This document shows positions 1 through 11,133 of a DNA stretch of 24,337 nucleotides, piece after piece. Positions within the stretch are counted from its first letter, which is position 1. Every line of letters starts with the position of its first letter. Below the pieces are notes generated by a model. That model worked only from the letters and a program-made list of their open reading frames with translations, did not search any database and was not told the origin of the DNA. Position numbers and translations under genes: made by a program. Origin of the DNA: Paraspadella gotoi (taxonomy: Eukaryota > Animalia > Chaetognatha); assembly GCA_051294375.1 (NCBI GenBank), contig JBJCIZ010000327.1, forward strand, positions 18,257-42,593, in the 5' to 3' direction.

Positions 1-538
1 ATCCATCTCCACTTCATCCTCCGCGCGTCCAATCAGTCCGCCGTGCATCCGATCTGTCCTCCGTGCGTCCAATCCGTCCTCCGCGCGTCCAATCCGTCCT
101 CCGCGCATTCATTTTTTCCTTCGTATGTTANNNNNNNNNNNNNNNNNNNNNNNNNNNNNNNNNNNNNNNNNNNNNNNNNNNNNNNNNNNNNNNNNNNNNN
201 NNNNNNNNNNNNNNNNNNNNNNNNNNNNNNNNNNNNNNNNNNNNNNNNNNNNNNNNNNNNNNNNNNNNNNNNNNNNNNNNNNNNNNNNNNNNNNNNNNNN
301 NNNNNNNNNNNNNNNNNNNNNNNNNNNNNNNNNNNNNNNNNNNNNNNATTTAATAAACTTACCATATATTCTCCCATTGATGAAATCGAGTTACATTCTT
401 TCTCCTGAGCCCTCACCGAAGACCTGAAGTCTCATCTCAAATGGCTGCAAATCTTACATTTAAAATAAAANNNNNNNNNNGAAATGTTTTAAAACAAAAT
501 ACAAATTTAGAAATATTTATTGTTCCTCTTATGGTGGA
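1..538 (+). repeat. Gapped direct copy of ~9116-9617
   Basis: 1-130 aligns to ~9116-9248 and 348-538 aligns to ~9430-9617 (e.g. ctcctgagccctcaccgaagacctgaagtctcatctc is identical). Confidence 0.9.
14..110 (+). repeat. GC-rich 20-bp minisatellite (CCGTCCTCCGCGCGTCCAAT) x~5
   Basis: A 20-bp period is read directly. The same array occurs at ~9130-9225 (+) and ~3525-3620 (-). Confidence 0.9.
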
Positions 539-548
539 NNNNNNNNNN

Positions 549-1068
549 TTCAGTCAATCTCCGTTGTATTACTTTTTTTGGGCGCCGCCTCCTTCGCTAT
601 CCTTGGTTCCATTATTTCGCGCCGCTGCCATCGCCTCTTCCTAGGACTTAAGGGCGCGACTCTCGTTCTCCCGNNNNNNNNNNTTTATGGGCAACGCTTT
701 ACGATCGGGCTCGCTCCNNNNNNNNNNCGCCGCCGCGACCGCCTTTCCAAGACCAAGGCTTCTCTACCGCCACCAAGCCACTCTTCCCTGTCTTGCTNNN
801 NNNNNNNNNNNNNNNNNNNNNNAAAGATCGGCAGCGAGGATTCGGGATTCAAACGAGGCGGGACTTCAGGATTCGGCGTTCGGGGACGTCGGCCGAGAAA
901 GACGGAGAGATTCGACGAGAAGGAGGAAGGAGGAGGAGGCAGGAGAGGCGAGCGCATCTCACTACCACGGACTTCCTCCAGGAGACCAGATTCGCCTACT
1001 GAGGAGATCAACTGAGGGGAGCCGCGGGAGTCAGTCGAGGAGCACCGCGCCGGAAGGGGGACAAGCAA
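549..1068 (-). pseudogene. GC-rich fragmented reading frame of unknown function; 549-797 duplicated at 8090-8344
   Basis: Joining the minus-strand frames of both copies gives protein-like sequence (..PRTPNPEVPPRLNPESSLPIF..REALVLERRRARRRHGASPIVK..SLLGGRTRVARAVKSLRKAMAAARNNEPRIAKEAAPKKK), with frameshifts and Ns. No family recognised. Confidence 0.3.
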
Positions 1069-1154
1069 AAATTCCGCGCAGGCCTTGTGAGGTTAAATGA
1101 AAGGGTTGAGTTATGACTGTGTTAAAAGGAAAGGAACACTCGGGGAAGGGATTG

Positions 1155-1570
1155 GAATAAATTGAATGAATGAATGAAATGAATGAATGAATGAATGAAT
1201 GAATGAATGAAATGAATTAATAATGAAGGATTTGAGACTGAATTTTAATGAATGAATGAATAATGAATGAATATGCATTAAGAATGATGAATGAATGATT
1301 GAATTGAGTGAATGATAAGATGATGAATGAGGAAATGAATGAATGAATAAAAATGAATGAAATGATATGATGAATGATATGAATGATTGTGATGATGTAG
1401 ACATAGAATGAATGAATAGAATGAATGAAGTGAATGAATGAAATAAAGGAAAATAAATGAATGTAATGAATTAAGAATGATGAAGAATGGTGATGATGAA
1501 TGATGAAATATGATGATAAAAGAATGAATAGAATGATGATGAATCAGAACCTGAAGGAAAGATTGAATGA
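1155..1570. repeat. Degenerate (GAAT)n/(GAT)n microsatellite
   Basis: Long run of tgaatgaatgaa and gatgatgaa units. Confidence 0.95.
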
Positions 1571-1719
1571 CGAAAATTATCCATATAAGCGGAGTATTCT
1601 ATACTGAAATATATAGGAACAACTACCTTTTCCAGCATCGCCCAAATTTGTCGCACATTCGTACACACGATATAATCGGACAAGCCCTGACCAGTCGGCG
1701 GCGCCGGGTGCCGGCCAGT

Positions 1720-1876
1720 CTGGAAACTATTTTTTGCCCGCACCGACTGCAGCCTCCAGCTCCGGCCAAGATAAGATCTCAGCTCACTCAGCTCCGACTC
1801 GGTAGAAAATATTCAGCTCCAAGCTCCAGCTCCAGCAATGGCTCGACCCAGCTCCAGCTCCAACTCCACATCCCTG
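1720..1876. mobile_element. One end of a non-autonomous hAT-like DNA transposon (CAGCTC subterminal repeats, terminus ...CTCCACATCCCTG)
   Basis: Homologous to 13570-13770, with the same terminus (reverse complement CAGGGATGTGGAG). CAGGG termini with hexamer subterminal arrays are typical of hAT MITEs. The other end was not found. Confidence 0.65.
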
Positions 1877-4437
1877 ACCCATCCAAGCACGTTCTATGTC
1901 CATGTATCGTATGAAGGATCTTGACACTTTCCCCAAGGATGACAGCATAGTTGAACATGATGGTATTGGTTAAGACGCCCAGTGGAAGGCTCCAAACCCT
2001 AAAGGAGCGCTACACAGGTTGACAGTGAGACGTTCATCCTCATCTAGAGGCAAACAATTAACAACCCGAGGGTATATTAGATATAACCGTTCAGTAATAC
2101 ATATATATTATTATTGTATAATATATATAAATGTAATATATGATCTATACATAATATCAATTTCTAAATGATTTGTCCTTTAATTTCACGCATTAATATT
2201 TTATATAAATCATGTTTGGACAATAGGGGTGAATGAGAAATTTTTTCTATAAAATTTACAATTTAACATATAGAAATAAATAAAACAATAAATATTTAGT
2301 CAAATTATTTTTTAATTCATATACTTTATGTACCAGTGAGCTATATTTAATATATAGGTAATAAGTAAATAATAGGCTAAAGCTTTTAAAATACAAATTT
2401 TTAAGATCGGATTAGGATTCTTACAAACATTAATATTAAAAATATAATTCTTTATATTTTTTCTCCTGATCATATAAGACCAAGATGAAAGCAATAAGCT
2501 AACAACTGGGTTAACGGGCCATTCTTGTGAATTAAGTACAGATGTTGGGTTGGCACACGATCGTCCAAAAAAAATCCTATGCAATGATAAATTTGAAAAA
2601 TAATTTAGCTGTCGCAAATAAACTTTCATTTTTTTAACAAATATAAATTTTTAACATTATTTTGTTATTTATTAACCTATAATTACAATGCTGGAGGCAG
2701 TAAATAAAAAGTTATAACATTTTTTAAAAATTATTAGTTTGAAACGCAAACGGTTACAGAGTAAAAAAAAAAATGCTAAGAAAACTACATTTTAATGTCA
2801 AAGGTTTTAACAAAAACTTTGAAAAACAGCATTTACTAAATGATCTTAACCCCAATGGGTTTTAAGATGTATCGCATCCATCTCCTACAAAATCCCATAT
2901 TTCAAAAAATAAGTCTGGGGCGATTTAAATATCGAAATTTGATACATGGTTATGTGTTAAGGACAGAAACCGAGCGTCAAGTATAAGCCAGTCTCTGAGC
3001 TACCGGATCAGCGCTGTAAGACCGTGTTAACAAGCGGGTTAACGCCCCGTCCCTCTTAACCTTTGGTTAGGGAGGACCAAATGACTTTGCCATCCGGCAC
3101 AATGGCCGCCTGATGAATCGGTTGGTGGATTTAGTCCACCATAAGAGGAACAATAAATATTCTAAATTTGTATTTGTTTTAAAACATATTCAAACGCAAC
3201 ATTTTTGTTTTAAAAATGTAAGATTGCAGCCGATTCTGAGATGAGACTTCAAAGGTCTTCGGTGAGGGCCAGGAAGAAAGAATGTAACTCGATTTCATCA
3301 ATGGGAGAGAGTATAGTGGTAAGTTATAAATGCTCAAATTAGTCATCTTCAAAATAACGGTAAGAAGATGAGGGTACTCATCTTCTTGAAATATATCCCT
3401 ATAGATCTACACAATTATTCATTGAAAATACAATCTCAATTAAAGGTGAAATAAAGATGACAGATACAAGGACAGTGATTGAGGATTACGGAGACATTGA
3501 TAACATACGAAGGAAAAAATGATGCGCAGGAGGACGGATTGGACCGCGCGGAGGACGGATTGGGACGCACGGAGGACAGATGAATGCAACGTCGGCTGAT
3601 TGGACGCGCGGAGGATGAAGTGGAGAATGGATTGTTGACAATGCGGCATAGTTGAATAAGAAAACCAGAGACATGTAAATATTAACTCTTATTTCTTTTT
3701 TAAAAATATTAAATAATTTTTATTCTAATCTGATAAAAACAATATTGATTAAATATTTAAAATATGACAGAATTTATATTTCAACTCTTATTAATAAATT
3801 TAAAATAAAAAATAATTTTTTATTCATTTTATGTAGTCGTGCATTGCGGCAAGGATCACCCTGCTATAAGCATGACAACCTTTTGAATTTTGGACCCGGA
3901 AGCTTATTGATAAACTGAGCTCGGATTATTAAATGATTTTCATACCAAACAGTACCAGACTTTTCAATGAAGTGTGAGGATGGTCAGTTTCATTGCTGTT
4001 AGGGGACAAAAGGATTTAAAAATAAGTAATCTTCAGCCCAGCTAGCGCCTTATCCACATATAAACAATTTTATGTTGTGATTTTATAAGTAATGGTTTAT
4101 AGTTTACCTTCGTCGACTGTAATAATACAGCTACGTTTAATTTTCTGATATCCTACTCTCCACGGAGTTGCCAATAAATTAATTAATTATTACTTATATA
4201 AAATTATCTAATTATTTTTAATACGTTTTTAAAAAAATCAAATGGTGCAGCTTTTTACACTAGTTATAAGTAATACTAAAACAGATAAACAATTGCGAAA
4301 TAAGGGTAAATACAAAAAGTTCATTTAAAGCTTAGCTCGCTTTGCTTGGTAAACGATTCCCTCTCTGTTGTTATTGTGAGCAAAAACTGGACTGGCAGTG
4401 CCAAGTCCGTCCTGCCGTGAATCAGGGGCGCCGAGCC
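1877..4437 (-). repeat. Inverted copy of 8343-10867
   Basis: The reverse complement aligns at both ends (acccatccaagc vs gcttggatgggt; gaatcaggggcgccgagc vs gctcggcgtcctgattc) and internally. Differences are mostly small indels. Confidence 0.92.
3832..4058 (+). mobile_element. Decayed solo LTR (subfamily A) of the tRNA-bearing TRIM
   Basis: Starts TGTAGTCG and ends CCTTATCCACA. Shares CTATAAGCATGACA, GACCCGG and GCGCCTTATCCAC with the LTRs at 16967-17879. Flanks TTTA/TATA match at 3 of 4 positions. Confidence 0.75.
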
Positions 4438-4439
4438 AT

Positions 4440-7293
4440 GTCATCAAATTTCGATATTTAAAGTCGCCCCAGACTTATTTTTTTAAAAATATGGATTTTG
4501 TAGGAATGGATGCGTTACATCTAAACCCATTGGGGGTAGATCATNNNNNNNNNNNNNNNNNNNNNNNNNNNNNNNNNNNNNNNNNNNNNNNNNNNNNNNN
4601 NNNNNNNNNNNNNNNNNNNNNNNNNNNNNNNNNNNNNNNNNNNNNNNNNNNNNNNNNNNNNNNNNNNNNNNNNNNNNNNNNNNNNNNNNNNNNNNNNNNN
4701 NNNNNNNNNNNNNNNNNNNNNNNNNNNNNNNNNNNNNNNNNNNNNNNNNNNNNNNNNNNNNNNNTTTTTACTCTGTCACCGTTTGCGTTTCAAACTAATA
4801 ATTTTTTAAAAAAGTGTATAACTTTTTATTTACTGCCATCCAGCAATNNNNNNNNNNNNNNNNNNNNNNNNNNNNNNNNNNNNNNNNNNNNNNNNNNNNN
4901 NNNNNNNNNNNNNNNNNNNNNNNNNNNNNNNNNNNNNNNNNNNNNNNNNNNNNNNNNNNNNNNNNNNNNNNNNNNNNNNNNNNNNNNNNNNNNNNNNNNN
5001 NNNNNNNNNNNNNNNNNAACCCAGTTGTAGCTTATTGCTTCATCTTGGTCTAATGATCAGGAACTACTAAATAAAGAAAAAAATAAAGAATTATATTTTT
5101 TAATATTAANNNNNNNNNNNNNNNNNNNNNNNNNNNNNNNNNNNNNNNNNNNNNNNNNNNNNNNNNNNNNNNNNNNNNNNNNNNNNNNNNNNNNNNNNNN
5201 NNNNNNNNNNNNNNNNNNNNNNNNNNNNNNNNNNNNNNNNNNNNNNNNNNNNNNNNNNNNNNNNNNNNNNNNNNNNNNNNNNNNNNNNNNNNNNNNNNNN
5301 NNNNNNNNNNTCACCCTATTGTCCAAGACATGATTTATTATAAATATATGTGAAAATTAAGGAAATCTTTAAAATATATATGTATCTATATATATTTATA
5401 TATATTATATATATATGTACTGAAGGTTATACTTATAGCAACAAACTGGGTTGTTAATGTTGCCCAGATAGGATGAACGTCTCCNNNNNNNNNNNNNNNN
5501 NNNNNNNNNNNNNNNNNNNNNNNNNNNNNNNNNNNNNNNNNNNNNNNNNNNNNNNNNNNNNNNNNNNNNNNNNNNNNNNNNNNNNNNNNNNACATACGTA
5601 CAGTGTACATAGAACGCTTGCTTGGGATGGGTCTTAGCCATTGACATTGACTGTAGAAGGTAGGAGGTAAGGCTGTATAAGGCTAAATTTAAGCATAAGC
5701 GGCTAGTTGGCCTGAAGAGGATAATCTGNNNNNNNNNNNNNNNNNNNNNNNNNNNNNNNNNNNNNNNNNNNNNNNNNNNNNNNNNNNNNNNNNNNNNNGG
5801 TTTATGGCCTTCCGCATCCCATTCCATTGGGCATTGATTGTAATGAGTGAAGGTGTTATGCTTATAAGCAGGGTGATCTTAGGCTTCCATGGCGAGTAAT
5901 TAACCGAAAAGATGCAGNNNNNNNNNNNNNNNNNNNNNNNNNNNNNNNNNNNNNNNNNNNNNNNNNNNNNNNNNNNNNNNNNNNNNNNNNNNNNNNNNNN
6001 NNNNNNNNNNNNNNNNNNNNNNNNNNNNNNNNNNNNNNNNNNNNNNNNNNNNNNNNNNNNNNNNNNNNNNNNNNNNNNNNNNNNNNNNNNNNNNNNNNNN
6101 NNNNNNNNNNNNNNNNNNNNNNNNNNNNNNNNNNNNNNNNNNNNNNNNNNNNNNNNNNNNNNNNNNNNNNNNNNNNNNNNNNNNNNNNNNNNNNNNNNNN
6201 NNNNNNNNNNNNNNNNNNNNNNNNNNNNNNNNNNNNNNNNNNNNNNNNNNNNNNNNNNNNNNNNNNNNNNNNNNNNNNNNNNNNNNNNNNNNNNNNNNNN
6301 NNNNNNNNNNNNNNNNNNNNNNNNNNNNNNNNNNNNNNNNNNNNNNNNNNNNNNNNNNNNNNNNNNNNNTGATGGTTAATGATAATATTTAATTACAATT
6401 ACATATTTTAAAAAACATTAGCAAAGTTAACATCAAATTTATTTGGCACAATGTCACTTCATAGTTTGACATTTGTCAAACCAAGTCTCAGANNNNNNNN
6501 NNNNNNNNNNNNNNNNNNNNNNNNNNNNNNNNNNNNGAGCACCGGTTGCTTCGTCAGAACCTTCCAGGCATCTCCTTATTGCTCAAACTTGTTTAGATCA
6601 ATGATTAAAATGGTAAGTAAGAAAATAATGGNNNNNNNNNNNNNNNNNNNNNNNNNNNNNNNNNNNNNNNNNNNNNNNNNNNNNNNNNNNNNNNNNNNNN
6701 NNNNNNNNNNNNNNNNNNNNNNNNNNNNNNNNNNNNNNNNNNNNNNNNNNNNNNNNNNNNNNNNNNNNNNNNNNNNNNNNNNNNNNNNNNNNNNNNNNNN
6801 NNNNNNNNNNNNNNNNNNNNNNNNNNNNNNNNNNNNNNNNNNNNNNNNNNNNNNNNNNTCATTTAATTGTAAAGCAATTTGGGCTAACCCTGGTGGGCGA
6901 AAGTAAAATTAACCCCCAATTGGTATTAAATTATCATCAAATCACTTATTTAAGTNNNNNNNNNNNNNNNNNNNNNNNNNNNNNNNNNNNNNNNNNNNNN
7001 NNNNNNNNNNNNNNNNNNNNNNNNNNNNNNNNNNNNNNNNNNNNNNNNNNNNNNNNNNNNNNNNNNNNNNNNNNNNNNNNNNNNNNNNNNNNNNNNNNNN
7101 NNNNNNNNNNNNNNNNNNNNNNNNNNNNNNNNNNNNNNNNNNNNNNNNNNNNNNNNNNNNNNNNNNNNNNNNNNNNNNNNNNNNNNATTTTTTCGTCGTT
7201 TTTTGCCCATAACTTTTGAACGCGTGAACCGATTTTAATGAAATTTTATTTCGGTAAACTAGACGTAATTCCACGTCGATCGGTACCAAATTT
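4440..7293 (+). repeat. Heavily gapped direct copy of ~9799-12320
   Basis: The non-N islands match 9.8-12.3 kb in the same order (e.g. 6370-6492 vs 11436-11558; 6860-6955 vs 11885-11980). Confidence 0.92.
5674..5900 (-). mobile_element. Divergent LTR-like element (subfamily C), gapped duplicate of 10909-11133
   Basis: The motifs ggctagttggcctgaaga and gaaggtgttatgcttataagcagggtgatctt are shared with the TRIM LTR family. Confidence 0.55.
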
Positions 7294-7614
7294 NNNNNNN
7301 NNNNNNNNNNNNNNNNNNNNNNNNNNNNNNNNNNNNNNNNNNNNNNNNNNNNNNNNNNNNNNNNNNNNNNNNNNNNNNNNNNNNNNNNNNNNNCAAGAGA
7401 GGAGATTTTTACACGATCTTTGTGACCACTCGTCTCTCCGTATTTCTTGCCTATTTGATCTTCACTGATTGTCTTGTGGTTACTTTTATTATTAGTAGTA
7501 GTATTCTACGATAGTTACTTAATTTAGAATTTGCTCTACACACGAGCCGCCAAGCCAATCTCGTCACTGGAACGACCGGCGTTTTTTTTTTCGCTTCCTC
7601 GACGCCGCTTTCCC

Positions 7615-8079
7615 TGTTAGGACCGCGCCGGTCCGTCCCTCCAGAAACCGCCCGAGAATCTTTGGATTCGAGGACTTCTATCGGCGAGCCGCTTCGGTCG
7701 TGTCGGGAAACTGGCTCCTAAGGCAAGAATTGGCGGCCGGAGTGGAATCGACGATGATATCAACAGTTTTATCTCTTTAAATTTTGAGTTTTCTGCAGAA
7801 TTCTTAAAAAGGGGGTACGTAATAAAATAATCAACGCATATAGAATTTATAGATATTCAAAGACAGTAAAAAATAAATATCAAAAATCATTATTTTAAAC
7901 ATTCTGTGTACTGTTTGAATATCTATATGCTTTGACTTATTTTATTAATTGTACCCTTTTTAAGAATTCTTCAGAAACTCAAAGATTAGAGATAAACTGT
8001 TTGATATCATCGTCCGATTCCACTCAAAGATTTCTCGGGGGCGTTTCTTCTGGAGGGACGGACGCGTGCGGGTCTAACA
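7615..8079. mobile_element. Foldback element with TGTTAG..CTAACA termini and a 5-bp TSD (TTCCC); Ginger/TDD-like MITE candidate
   Basis: 7615-7664 pairs with 8025-8079, and 7740-7868 pairs with 7909-8025, leaving a ~40-bp loop. The left arm has an extra ~75 bp. TTCCC occurs at 7610-7614 and 8080-8084. Confidence 0.7.
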
Positions 8080-8711
8080 TTCCCAGCGTTTTCAGTATCT
8101 CCGTTGTATTAACTTTTTTTTGGGCGCCGCCTCCTTCGCTATCCTTGGTTCATTATTTCGCGCCGCTGCCATCGCCTTTCTTAGCGACTTCACAGCGCGC
8201 GCGACTCTCGTTCTCCCGCCGAGGAGACTTTTATGGGCAAGCTTTAACGATCGGGCTCGCTCCGTGCCGCCGCCGCGCGCGACGCCTTTCCAAGACCAAG
8301 GCTTCTCTAACCCGCCACCGAAGCCCACTCTTCCCTGTACTTGCTCGGCGTCCTGATTCACGGCAGGAAACGGCTTGGCAACTGCAGGCAGTTTTGTGCA
8401 ATAACAACGGAGGGAATCCGTTTACCAAGCAAGCGAGGCTAAGCTTAAAATGAACTTTTGTATTTTACCCTATTTTCGCAATTGTTAATTCTGTTTTAAT
8501 ATACTTATAACTAGTGTAAAAAAATGCACCATTGATTTTTTTAAAAAAAACGTTTGAAAAATAATTAGATTAATTATAAAGTAAATAATTCATTTAATTT
8601 ATGGCAAACTCCGTGCGGACAGAGTAGGATATTCAGAAAATTAAACGTAGTGTATTATCAAGTCACGAAGGTAAACTAAACCATATATATCAAACATAAA
8701 ATTGTTTATAA

Positions 8712-8935
8712 TGTGGATAAGGCGCTAAGGTGTGGGCTGAAGATTACTATTTTTAACTCTTTGTCCCCTGACCAGACAATGAAAACTGACCATCCTCACA
8801 CTTCATCGAAAGTGGTAACTTTTGGGATGAAATAGTTTAATAATCGAGCTCCAGTTTACTCAATAAGGCTTCCGGGTCAAAATCAAAGGTTGTCATGCTT
8901 ATAGGCAGGGTGATCTTGCCGCAATGCACGACTAT
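8712..8935 (-). mobile_element. Decayed solo LTR (subfamily A), the same insertion as 3832-4058
   Basis: The plus strand reads tgtggataaggcgct ... gtcatgcttataggcagggtga ... gcacgacta. Homology to 16967-17213 stops at the same two boundaries. Confidence 0.75.
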
Positions 8936-10908
8936 AAATGAATAGAATTTTTTTTTTTAATTTATAAATTGATTTAATTTTTCAATATTTTTAAAAGTAT
9001 TTCTAAATCATATTGTTTTTTATCAGATAGATAAAAATAATTTAATATTTTAAAAAAAGAAAGAGTAATTTAACCAATGTTTTTGGTTTTCCCTTTATTA
9101 ACTATGCGATTGTCAACATCCTCTCCCTTCCATCCTCCGCGCGTCCAATCAGTCGCCGTGACATCCGATCGTGTCCTCCGGCGTCCATCCGTCCCTCCGC
9201 GCGTCCAATCCGTCCTCCCGCGGCATTCAATATTTTTCTCGTATGTTATCAATGGGGTCCCCGTAAATCCTCATCACTGTCGCTCTTGTATCGTCATCTT
9301 TATGTTCACCTTTTTTCAAATTGAGTTGATTTCAATTGATAATTGTGTAGATTATTATGATATATTTTCAAGAAGATGAGTACCCTAATCTTTTCTTACC
9401 GTAATTTTGAAGAAATTGGACTAATGAGCATTTAATAAACTTACATATAACTTCTCCATTGATGAAATCGAGTTAAATTCTTTCTCCTGAGCCCTCACCG
9501 AAGACCTGAAGTCTCATCTCAAATGGCTGAAATCTACATTTAAAATAAAAATGTTGGTCTTGAAATGTTTTAAACAAATACAAAATTTAGAATATTTATT
9601 GTTCCTCTTATGGTGGACTAAAATCCACCAACCGTTCATCAGCGGCCCATTGGTGGCCGAGGCACGTCATTGGCCTGCGCAAACCCAAAAGGTTAAGAGG
9701 GACGTTTGGGCGCTTAACCGCCTGTAACACGTTTGACAGCTGATCCGTAGTCAGAGATGCTTATTATTTGAGCGGTTCTGTCAACTAACACAATGACATT
9801 CATCAAATTTCGATATTTAAACGTCGCCCAGGGACTTATTTTTTTAAAATATGGATTTTGTAGGAAATGGATGCGTTACATCTAAACCATTGTGGGGTAG
9901 ATCGCATTTAGTAAATGCCTGTTTTTCAAAGTTTTTGTAAAAACCTTTGAATTAAATGCTAGTTTTCTTAGATTTTTTTAGCTCTGTCACGCGTTTGCCG
10001 TTTCAAAACTAATATTTTTTAAACCAGTGTATAATTTTATTTTTACTGACATCGCCAGCAATTGTAAATATGGTTAATAATCACAAAATAATTGTTAAAA
10101 ATATATTTGTTAAATAAATGAAAGTTTAATTTGGACAGCCCTAATTATTTTCAAATTTATCATTGCCATAGGAATTTTTTCTGGACCCGATCGTGTCCAA
10201 ACCCCACATGTATTATAAAGAATGGCCGGTTAACCCAGTTGTAGCTTATTGCTTCATCTTGGTCTAATGAATCAGGACTACTAAATAAGAAAAAAATAAA
10301 GAATTATATTTTTTAATATAATGTTTGTACCCAGAAATCTAAATCCGATCTTAAAATTTGTATTTTTAAAAGTTTAGCTCTAATTATTTATTATTACTAT
10401 ATATAAAATATAGCTCACTGGTACATACCAGTAAATGAATTAAAAAATAATTTGACTAAAATAGTTTTTATTTGGTTTTTATTTTTATGTTCTATAATGT
10501 TCAATTGTAATTTTAAAATAAAAAAAATTTCTCTCATCACCCTATTGTCCAAGACATGATTTTTATAATATAATGTGAAATTAAGGAAATCTTTAAAATA
10601 TAATATGGTATCTAAATATATTTATAGTATATTATATATATATGTATCTGAAAGGTTATACTTATACGCAACAAACTGGGTTTTAATGTTTGCCACAGAT
10701 AGGATGACGTCTCCTGTCACCTGTTAACGTTTAGGGGTTTTGGAGCCTTTTTCCACTGCGTTTAACCAAAATACTATCATAGCTTCAACGTTCATGCCAT
10801 ACCTTTGGGAAAGTTGTCACGACTGTACAATAACGTACAGTGTACATAGAAGCTTGCTTGGATGGGTCTTAGCCATTGACATTGACTTAGAAGGTGGAGG
10901 GTAAGGCT

Positions 10909-11133
10909 TGTATAAGGCTAAATTTAGCATAAGCGCTATTGCCTGAAGAGGATAATCTGTACTTTTTAACCCCCTTGCCAGCAATGGAACAATACCTTGG
11001 GGGGGGGGGGGTTACCTCACCCAAAGGCGGTTTATGGCCCTTCCGCATTCCATTCCATTGCGGCATTGATTGTAATGAGTGAACAGGTGTTATGCTTATA
11101 AGCAGGGTGATCTTAAGCTTCCATGGCGAGTAA
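10909..11133 (-). mobile_element. Divergent LTR-like element (subfamily C) lacking the tRNA-like module
   Basis: Retains ataagcgct..gcctgaaga, aacccccttgccagcaatggaac, ggcggtttatggcc and gtgttatgcttataagcagggtga in the same order as subfamily B. Termini are approximate. Confidence 0.6.

Noticed and set aside
1575-1720. Helitron ends (tctatact.. and a GC-rich hairpin near 1695-1715)
   Set aside because: There is no CTRR terminus after the hairpin and only a single copy, so support is insufficient.
3108-3185. Hammerhead ribozyme (CTGATGA followed by a hairpin)
   Set aside because: It has GAAC rather than GAAA, and no stem I partner.
33-7468. ORFs spanning N runs, and ORFs over microsatellites (e.g. 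1111-1404)
   Set aside because: They are open only because of Ns or low complexity. The same applies to ORFs over the CAGCTC, TTAGGG and CT repeats later in the window.
8730-8790. CTGAAGA..GAAA as a retrozyme hammerhead in the LTR family
   Set aside because: There is no proper stem II closure, and the best-preserved subfamily has CAGAAGA with no GAAA.
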